Assembly (NCBI GenBank): GCA_944324395.1
Contig: CALUWC010000005.1
Location: 32,366-96,365 of the forward strand
Length of the DNA: 64,000 nt
Source of the DNA: Candidatus Gastranaerophilales bacterium
GTDB lineage: Bacteria; Cyanobacteriota; Vampirovibrionia; Gastranaerophilales; Gastranaerophilaceae
Reading direction: 5' to 3'
Below, piece by piece: positions 57,547-64,000 of the stretch. A program made the position numbers and the translations under genes. Each line of letters begins with the position of its first letter. The stretch's first letter is position 1. The notes under the pieces were generated by a model, which saw only the letters and a program-made list of their open reading frames with translations, was not told where the DNA came from and ran no database searches.

Positions 57547-57720
57547 ATGAAGAATAATTATCAAATGGTTACAGTTAAAGAGTATTTAAGTATGCTTGAT
57601 AATGATGTTAAGTACTTAGATACTGATGCTCAGGAAATTAAAGCTAATGTTGAAAAATATTTATTAAGTATTCGCAGAGCTCAGACTAATGCTAAAATTC
57701 TGGAGTCACTACTGGCATAA
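57547..57720 (+). CDS. Small protein (57 aa), same family, not in the ORF track
   Basis: My translation: MKNNYQMVTVKEYLSMLDNDVKYLDTDAQEIKANVEKYLLSIRRAQTNAKILESLLA. CAGGGGA SD. It starts 43 nt after the RHH gene. Confidence 0.7.
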   Translation: MKNNYQMVTVKEYLSMLDNDVKYLDTDAQEIKANVEKYLLSIRRAQTNAKILESLLA

Positions 57721-57794
57721 TAAAGGTTTTGAAAAAAAAGAACTTCTAGGATTATAATTCCACTCGGTAAAGATTAAGAAAGTAATGTAAGTAA

Positions 57795-57829
57795 CAAAAA
57801 ACCTGATATTTAATATATCAGGTTTTTTG
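57795..57829. terminator. Bidirectional terminator (small-gene array / tuf)
   Basis: AACCTGATAT/ATATCAGGTT stem flanked by A6 and T6 runs. Confidence 0.85.
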
Positions 57830-57855
57830 TTTGTATTTTCTAATATTGTTAGAAA

Positions 57856-59064
57856 CTATTCAATAATAGTATCAACAACACCAGCACCAACAGTTCTTCC
57901 GCCTTCACGAATAGCAAATCTCATACCTTGTTCGATAGCTACCGGAGCGATCAATTCAACTGTCATAACAACGTTATCACCAGGCATTACCATTTGACCG
58001 TCAAATTGGATTGAACCGGTTACGTCAGTTGTTCTGATGTAGAATTGAGGTCTGTAACCTGGGAAGAATGGAGTGTGACGTCCGCCTTCTTCTTTTGTTA
58101 ATACGTAAACGTTAGCTGTGAACTTAGTGTGCGGATGAATTGAACCTGGCTTAGCCAAAACTTGACCACGTTCGATTTCAGTTTTATCAACACCACGAAG
58201 TAAAGCACCAATGTTGTCACCAGCTTGACCTTGGTCAAGTGATTTTCTGAACATTTCAACACCGGTAACTGTAGTTTTCTTAGTAGGTTTAATACCAACT
58301 AATTCAACTTCATCACCAACTTTAACAATACCACGTTCAACACGACCTGTAGCAACAGTACCACGACCAGTGATTGAGAAGATGTCTTCAATCGGCATCA
58401 AGAATGGTTTGTCTAAATCTCTAACAGGATCAGGGAAGTATGAATCTAAAGCATCCATCAATTCCCAAATTTTATCTGTCCATTCATTTTCTCCTCTTTG
58501 GATATTAGGATTAGCTTGAACTGCTTCTAAAGCTTTCAAAGCTGAACCTTTAATGAATGGGATATTATCTCCGTCAAATTCGTATTGAGAAAGTAATTCT
58601 CTAACTTCCATTTCAACAAGGTCTAATAATTCAGGATCATCAACCATATCGCATTTGTTTAAGAATACAACAAGGTTAGGAACACCAACCTGTCTAGCTA
58701 ACAAGATGTGTTCACGAGTCTGAGGCATAGCACCATCAGTTGCTGCAACTACAAGAATTGCACCATCCATCTGAGCTGCACCTGTAATCATGTTTTTAAC
58801 ATAGTCAGCGTGGCCAGGGCAGTCAACGTGAGCATAGTGTCTTTTGTCTGTTTCATATTCTACGTGAGCAGTAGAGATAGTAATACCTCTTGCTTTTTCT
58901 TCAGGAGCAGCATCGATTTCATCGAATTTCTTAGCATCTGCTTTACCAGCTGCTGCTAATGTACCGGTAATTGCTGCTGTTAATGTAGTTTTACCGTGGT
59001 CAACGTGGCCGATTGTACCTACGTTAACGTGCGGTTTCGTACGTTCATACTTTTCACGTGCCAT
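57856..59064 (-). CDS. tuf: Elongation factor Tu
   Basis: Full-length EF-Tu ([18 protein letters not shown]) with the cyanobacterial-type insertion [21 protein letters not shown]. Confidence 0.97.
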   Translation of the reverse strand: MAREKYERTKPHVNVGTIGHVDHGKTTLTAAITGTLAAAGKADAKKFDEIDAAPEEKARGITISTAHVEYETDKRHYAHVDCPGHADYVKNMITGAAQMDGAILVVAATDGAMPQTREHILLARQVGVPNLVVFLNKCDMVDDPELLDLVEMEVRELLSQYEFDGDNIPFIKGSALKALEAVQANPNIQRGENEWTDKIWELMDALDSYFPDPVRDLDKPFLMPIEDIFSITGRGTVATGRVERGIVKVGDEVELVGIKPTKKTTVTGVEMFRKSLDQGQAGDNIGALLRGVDKTEIERGQVLAKPGSIHPHTKFTANVYVLTKEEGGRHTPFFPGYRPQFYIRTTDVTGSIQFDGQMVMPGDNVVMTVELIAPVAIEQGMRFAIREGGRTVGAGVVDTIIE

Positions 59065-59236
59065 GAGATTAATCTCCTTCTTTTTTGTCTACTATATAAT
59101 ACTATACACTTAGTATCTTACGATATCTCTTATTCTATATGCTCATAATTTTTTGTCAACATTATTCGCTTATTTTGATACATTCTTTTAATTTTTCTTG
59201 TATTGTAAAGAAATGTAACAATATTTTTGTTTTTAT

Positions 59237-59277
59237 GCAATTTGCTCATTAAAAAATACTTTATATAGATAAGTCAG
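59237..59277 (+). promoter_or_regulatory. Shared upstream element, site S4
   Basis: GCAATT-N19(...AAAAAATACTT)-TATATA-GATAAGTCAG. Confidence 0.6.
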
Positions 59278-59302
59278 ATTATGAGTAACGGAGGATGAGT
59301 AT

Positions 59303-59509
59303 ATGACCACCGAATTTTCAATTTCAAAAATATCAGGATCAGCAGTTAATAAATTAAATGATTGGGCAGATGGCACAAGAAATTATTTTACAGCACAGCA
59401 GAAAAAGAAATTTGATTTACCAGATTTGCTGTCCAAGGGTTTAGTTAACCCGGCATCAGCTTCTGCTGCCACTACAGCTACTCAGATGAATAATTTGGGT
59501 AATATATAG
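59303..59509 (+). CDS. Hypothetical 68-aa protein
   Basis: ORF with GGAGGA SD. Preceded by S4 and followed by a hairpin. Confidence 0.6.
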   Translation: MTTEFSISKISGSAVNKLNDWADGTRNYFTAQQKKKFDLPDLLSKGLVNPASASAATTATQMNNLGNI

Positions 59510-59541
59510 ACTTTACAATAAAACTATGTTTGTAATAAAAT

Positions 59542-59570
59542 AGTCCTCGTGATATGTGAGGACTATTTTT
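59542..59570 (+). terminator. Hairpin plus T-run overlapping the coaX SD
   Basis: AGTCCTC-GTGATATGT-GAGGACT-ATTTTT immediately before ATG 59571. Confidence 0.6.
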
Positions 59571-60368
59571 ATGTTATTAACTGCTGATATTGGAAATACA
59601 AACATTACCCTGGGTTTATTCGATAGTGATAAGTATGTAAATGAATTTCGTCTTGCCTCAGATAAGGATTTGTCTGGTGAAGAATATGAAATTCTTTTAA
59701 AATCATTATTCAAAGATTACGTTATTGACGGGTGTGTAATTGCTTCTGTGGTTGAAGAATTGAATATTAAATTTAAGAGAGCTGTTGATAATGTTTTTAA
59801 GATTACATCGGTTTTTGTTGACTGTGATGTAAATTTAGGGATAAAAATAGCCACTGATAACCCTCGTGAAGTTGGTGCGGATCGCTTAGCCAATGCTGTT
59901 GCGGTGTCAAACAGCTATAAAGGTGCTGTTATTGTTATTGATTTCGGAACGGCAACAACTTTTGATATTATAAATTCTAAGGGGGAATTTTTAGGGGGAG
60001 TTATTGCCCCGGGTATAAATACCCAGATGAAGTGTTTAAAAAGTTCAACCTCAAAACTTCCTAAAATAGATGTGTCTATTTCGCAAAGAGCAGTCGGGCA
60101 TAATACTACGGAGGCAATATTGTCAGGTGTTATCAGAGGTACAGCATGTATGGTTGACGGTTTGGTTTCACAGTGTGAAGAAGAACTTGGTGAAAGAGCT
60201 ACAATTATTGCAACAGGTGGTTATTGCGGTTTGATTGCAAATTATTTAAAACGTCCGTTTGATTTTGTCAATCCGATATTAACTCTGGAGGGTCTTAAAG
60301 AAATATATTATATGAATACAAAGATGGTTCCAGCCAATGAAAAAGCAGTTCAATATTCAAAAGTTTAG
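59571..60368 (+). CDS. coaX: Type III pantothenate kinase
   Basis: MLLTADIGNTN start, EVGADRLANAVA, DFGTATTFD motifs. Confidence 0.9.
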   Translation: MLLTADIGNTNITLGLFDSDKYVNEFRLASDKDLSGEEYEILLKSLFKDYVIDGCVIASVVEELNIKFKRAVDNVFKITSVFVDCDVNLGIKIATDNPREVGADRLANAVAVSNSYKGAVIVIDFGTATTFDIINSKGEFLGGVIAPGINTQMKCLKSSTSKLPKIDVSISQRAVGHNTTEAILSGVIRGTACMVDGLVSQCEEELGERATIIATGGYCGLIANYLKRPFDFVNPILTLEGLKEIYYMNTKMVPANEKAVQYSKV

Positions 60369-60414
60369 ACCGTTTATAAGTTTATTGTTTTAAGTAATAA
60401 GATTTTATGTGACA

Positions 60415-60446
60415 AACAAAAAAGAGCCTTTTCGGCTCTCTTTTAG
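60415..60446. terminator. Bidirectional terminator (coaX / tRNA-Leu)
   Basis: GAGCC-TTTTC-GGCTC stem flanked by A- and T-runs. Confidence 0.7.
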
Positions 60447-60452
60447 AAAAAA

Positions 60453-60532
60453 TGGGCATGAAGAGACTCGAACTCCCACGCGTTAGCACTAGTTCCTAAG
60501 ACTAGCGTGTCTACCATTCCACCACATGCCCG
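60453..60532 (-). tRNA. tRNA-Leu (anticodon TAG), class II, CCA not encoded
   Basis: The reverse complement folds as follows. Acceptor GGGCATG/CATGCCC. Anticodon stem CTAGT/ACTAG with loop CTTAGGA. 11-nt variable arm. T-arm GGGAG-TTCGAGT-CTCTT. Confidence 0.88.
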
Positions 60533-60613
60533 TATAGATTTAATTTTCAAACCGATATTTCGGCATAAATTTACTCTATAATAACCCTTTGTGATTGTCA
60601 AGATAAATTTTTA

Positions 60614-60760
60614 GGGACTTATGTAGTAAATTCACCAAAAATTTTCAAAACAGTGTCATACTGAATGTTAGCGAAGTATCTCAATAAAAAGATTCTTCGG
60701 CCTGAAGTTCTCAGAATGGCGGGCTTTTATAGTATCAGTGGAATTTGCTGCATAAGTCCC
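60614..60760. repeat. 147-nt inverted-repeat-ended element, copy 2
   Basis: Aligns over its full length with 25744-25890. Ends GGGACTTATGTAGTAAATTCAC / GTGGAATTTGCTGCATAAGTCCC. Confidence 0.75.
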
Positions 60761-60821
60761 AATTTTTAAGCTGTAATATTTGTTATATTCGTGTTAACAT
60801 TTTGCCAAGAGGTTTTAAGAC

Positions 60822-61790
60822 TTGGAAATTCAAAAGATAAATTACATGCCTGTACGAAATTCAAACCTTCAACCGGCAGGCAGAAAATATAAATTTTATT
60901 CAATCCCCGCAAAAGGTGTTTCTGCGGATACTTTTGAATATCAAAACAGACAATCTTTGCCTCAGGTGAATTTTACCGGTACTAATGCTCTTCAAAGACT
61001 GATTATAAAATATCTGAAAAACAGAAGCTATGAAAATTCTATGCTGGGTTCACGCAGACCGTATCTTTCTATAGATCCGGAACTGGAGCCAATGTTAAAA
61101 AGATTTGAAATAAAAGTAGGAAAAAATGAATCTATTGAAGCTTTTGATATAAATCCTAAAAATTCAAATAAATATATTATATATTTACATGGCTTTTCTC
61201 AAAATGTTACAAGCAACCAGCCTTTATATAAAGCTTTAACCCAAACTGATTATGGCATACTTGCTATTGATTACAGAGGCTACGGTAAAAACAAAGCAAA
61301 AAATGAGACAACAGAAACAGAAATCATGCATGATGTCCAAGCTGCGGCAAAATATTTAAATAATAAAGGTATAAACAATATCGGACTAATCGGTCATAGT
61401 TTCGGGAGTTATATTGCTGCTAAAACTTCTAATCTCAATAATTTTAATTTCCAAATTCTGGTTTCCCCGATGTTATCGCTTGAATTCTGGCTCAAAAATG
61501 TATTAAAAAATCCTAAGAAGTATAAAATGGAGTCAACTCTTATAAAGTATATTCCGGGTTTTAAAGAGCAATATTATAAAGTTTTTGAAATAGACAAGCA
61601 TATAACAGAAAATTCTACTCCTACTTATGTTATTCATTCTAAAACCGATGGATATATAAATGTTCAAGGTGTGAACAAATTCGTAAAGAAAATTCCGAAT
61701 GAAAAAGGCTACATCCTTTTACCAAGAGGCGGACACAGAATGGATGAAAATAAAATCAAAAGTATTGTAGATGTTTTAAATCAATTGTAA
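60822..61790 (+). CDS. Alpha/beta-fold hydrolase
   Basis: GHSFGS nucleophile elbow and a late GGH motif. TTG start after AAGAGG. N-proximal VNFTG motif. Confidence 0.75.
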   Translation: MEIQKINYMPVRNSNLQPAGRKYKFYSIPAKGVSADTFEYQNRQSLPQVNFTGTNALQRLIIKYLKNRSYENSMLGSRRPYLSIDPELEPMLKRFEIKVGKNESIEAFDINPKNSNKYIIYLHGFSQNVTSNQPLYKALTQTDYGILAIDYRGYGKNKAKNETTETEIMHDVQAAAKYLNNKGINNIGLIGHSFGSYIAAKTSNLNNFNFQILVSPMLSLEFWLKNVLKNPKKYKMESTLIKYIPGFKEQYYKVFEIDKHITENSTPTYVIHSKTDGYINVQGVNKFVKKIPNEKGYILLPRGGHRMDENKIKSIVDVLNQL

Positions 61791-61851
61791 AACTCTGTTT
61801 TTTATGTAATACTGAATAGTAAGTTTAAGAGCAGGGAGTATTCAAAGGGAT

Positions 61852-63669
61852 ATGGATTACAAATTAAAAGACACATTATCAAAAGATGCTTTCAGATACG
61901 GATATTTAATAAATAAAATATTCCCGTTTATAAAACCTCATATGGGCAGAATTATTTTAAACATGATTTTGGCAGTTCCGCTGGGGCTTTTGGATAGTGT
62001 TGTTGCATTTGCTCTCAAACCTTATATGGACTGTGTTATAAACGGTAAACCATGGCATCTTTTCGGTTTTACTATTGAGCAGAGTCTGCTTGCAACGGTT
62101 ATTCCGTTTGGTATTATCCTTTTTGCAGTAGTTCAAGGATTATTAAAATACACAAACAACTACCTTACAGATTGGATAGGTAACAAAATATCAAATTCTT
62201 TAAAAGTAGAATTATTCAGAAAGTTAACTTCCCTTGACCCGAAATTTTATGACATAAATTCATCAGGACTTGTCTTAACAAGATTCTTTACTGATCCTGA
62301 AACAGCATCAAAAAATATTATAAACATGATAAAAAGTTTCATAATGACCAGTTTCGGCATTGTTGGACTTGTCGGAGTTCTGCTGTATAACTCCTGGAAA
62401 CTTGCAATAATAGGTGTAGGAATTATGGCAATTGCTATAACTCCGGTCACGCTTATCAGAAAAAGGATTAAAAAAGTTTCTAATGCGACAATGGTTGTCG
62501 GCGGGGATATGACAACCAATTTTAATGAAACGTTTGCAGGTAACAAAATTATGACAGCATACAACCTGCAAAAACTCCAAAATGAAAAATTTGAACACCA
62601 GATAAAAGAGCAATTTAACCTTACAATTTCTCTAACCAAAAGAGTCGGCTGGATGTCGCCTATTATGTATTTTATATGTTCAATTGGAATTGCTCTTGTA
62701 ATGTTTTACGGTAATCATTTAATAATTAGCGGTCAAATGACTGCAGGAAGTTTTGCTTCTTTTGTGACATCTTTACTTCTTTTATATAAGCCGGTTAAAG
62801 ATTTGGGAAGGACTTTGACAGATCTTCAAACCACATTTGTTGCTCTTGGCAGAGTTTTTGAACTTTTCGATTTGGTTCCAAATATTAAAAACAGAAATAA
62901 TGCAATAAAAATGCAGGGACTAGATTCTTCTATTGATTTTGAGCATGTATATTTTGAATATGAAGAAAATACACCTGTATTGAAAGATTTTTCACTTCAT
63001 GTAAACAAAGGTGAAACAATTGCTCTTGTCGGAAATTCCGGAGGAGGAAAAAGTACTATAGTTAATCTTCTTCCTAGGTTTTATGATATCAAAAGCGGCT
63101 CAATAAAGTTTGACGGTATCGATATTAAAAATCTTGAAATGGATTCTTTGCGTGAGAATATTTCTTTTGTATTTCAGGATAATTTCTTGTTTTCTGGAAC
63201 AATTAGAGAAAACATACTTATGGGAAAAGAATCAGCTGCTGAAGAAGAAATCCAAACTGTAGTTAGACTGGCTCATCTTGATGAATTTTTATCTACTCTT
63301 GAAAAGGGTATTGATACTTATGTAGGCGAAAGAGGTGCATCCTTATCAGGAGGACAAAGACAGCGTGTAGCAATTGCAAGAGCAATGATAAAAAATGCTC
63401 CTATTGTTATCCTTGATGAAGCGACGTCAGCTCTTGATAATGAATCAGAAGCAATTGTACAAAAAGCACTTGATAATCTTATGCAAAATAAGACGGTATT
63501 TGTAATTGCTCACAGATTATCAACGATAAATAATGCTGACAGAATTGCTGTAATTAACGAGGGTGAACTTGTTGAACTTGGAACTCATGAACAGCTTATG
63601 AGTATTCCCGATGGAAATTATAAACATCTTTATGAGATGCAGTTTAAAAACCAAGAGGCTGCAGTGTAA
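61852..63669 (+). CDS. msbA: ABC transporter, MsbA-like lipid A/lipid exporter (TMD-NBD fusion)
   Basis: 6 TM helices, Walker A GNSGGGKST, LSGGQRQR, Walker B ILDEATSALD. The symbol is tentative. Confidence 0.8.
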   Translation: MDYKLKDTLSKDAFRYGYLINKIFPFIKPHMGRIILNMILAVPLGLLDSVVAFALKPYMDCVINGKPWHLFGFTIEQSLLATVIPFGIILFAVVQGLLKYTNNYLTDWIGNKISNSLKVELFRKLTSLDPKFYDINSSGLVLTRFFTDPETASKNIINMIKSFIMTSFGIVGLVGVLLYNSWKLAIIGVGIMAIAITPVTLIRKRIKKVSNATMVVGGDMTTNFNETFAGNKIMTAYNLQKLQNEKFEHQIKEQFNLTISLTKRVGWMSPIMYFICSIGIALVMFYGNHLIISGQMTAGSFASFVTSLLLLYKPVKDLGRTLTDLQTTFVALGRVFELFDLVPNIKNRNNAIKMQGLDSSIDFEHVYFEYEENTPVLKDFSLHVNKGETIALVGNSGGGKSTIVNLLPRFYDIKSGSIKFDGIDIKNLEMDSLRENISFVFQDNFLFSGTIRENILMGKESAAEEEIQTVVRLAHLDEFLSTLEKGIDTYVGERGASLSGGQRQRVAIARAMIKNAPIVILDEATSALDNESEAIVQKALDNLMQNKTVFVIAHRLSTINNADRIAVINEGELVELGTHEQLMSIPDGNYKHLYEMQFKNQEAAV

Positions 63670-63670
63670 T

Positions 63671-64000
63671 ATGAAAACTATTATCTTGAAAAAATGGATA
63701 GAGCCATACAAACTGCTTGAACTTGTAAAAGAAAACTCTTGCAGGTGTTCTGAGTTTACATTTAATGGTTCAAACAAAGAACAGTTAAAACAGGATTTTT
63801 TGCAGCAACTCTCTGATACAAAAAATGCTGCTGGTTTATATATGAAAAACGTCAATAAATATTATTATTTTGAACCTAAGGAAGATATTAAATCTGTTTG
63901 GAATAAACTTTGTATGGAATTTCAATTTTCTGAATCAGATTTTGACAGTACGGAAGATTTAGGAAACACATTTTTTCTCGTTGACATGGGTAAAGCTGAA
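63671..64000 (+). CDS. Hypothetical protein, 5' partial view (runs off the window)
   Basis: Open frame from ATG 63671 to the window end, starting 1 nt after the msbA-like stop. Contains FTFNG at aa 29-33. Confidence 0.5.
   Translation, partial: MKTIILKKWIEPYKLLELVKENSCRCSEFTFNGSNKEQLKQDFLQQLSDTKNAAGLYMKNVNKYYYFEPKEDIKSVWNKLCMEFQFSESDFDSTEDLGNTFFLVDMGKAE

Noticed and set aside
57315-57720. RHH gene plus downstream small gene, considered as a type II toxin-antitoxin pair.
   Set aside because: The downstream product is a paralog of the neighbouring small proteins and shares the RHH protein's own tail. I recognise no RelE/ParE/PIN/MazF/HicA-like sequence. The 43-nt gap with a separate SD is also atypical for tight toxin-antitoxin coupling.
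56366-57830. Regularly spaced repeated units, considered as a possible CRISPR-like or other non-coding repeat array.
   Set aside because: The units are 360-510 bp apart. Each contains a promoter-like box, an SD, a conserved ORF and a terminator. No short direct repeats with unique spacers are present.

Overview
Low-GC chromosomal window (about one-third G+C by eye) from a diderm bacterium. It holds about 60 protein-coding genes and two tRNAs (His-GTG, Leu-TAG). I found no rRNA, CRISPR array, transposase or integrase.

Recognisable content:
- A flagellar basal-body/export block, fliE-fliF-[fliG-slot gene]-fliH-flhA, followed by yidD.
- A trimeric NuoE/NuoF/HydA-type [FeFe] hydrogenase operon.
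- Envelope and LPS functions: lpxK, an msbA-like ABC exporter, skp, two MlaD/MCE proteins and a ShlB/FhaC-type transporter.
- Housekeeping genes: bioD-bioA, folP, ahcY, uvrA, nth, obg, ychF, tuf, coaX, dCMP deaminase and two GH13-type enzymes.

Lineage inference: EF-Tu carries the cyanobacterial/plastid-type insertion. Together with flagella, a fermentative hydrogenase and low GC, this suggests a non-photosynthetic sister lineage of Cyanobacteria (Melainabacteria/Vampirovibrionia, Gastranaerophilales-like). This comes from memory of protein families, not from a database search.

What routine annotation does not explain:
1. An in-register ~42-bp upstream element (GCAATT-N8-AAAAAATACTT-TATATA-TATGTAAGG) precedes six transcription units that all encode uncharacterised proteins.
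2. A tandem array of four small genes, one a ribbon-helix-helix (RHH) protein, shares an identical C-terminal tail. Promoter, gene and terminator were duplicated as units.
3. A four-gene cluster (19151-21880) contains a 350-aa and a 110-aa protein that share N- and C-terminal helices around a variable core (flagellin-like architecture), plus a Gly/Ser-rich protein with a distant paralog at 43302-44027.
4. A short N-proximal [V/I/T]-x-F-x-G motif recurs in six otherwise unrelated proteins.
5. The gene in the fliG slot does not look like a canonical FliG.
6. A 147-nt element with inverted-repeat ends occurs twice.

All functional readings of these items are hypotheses.
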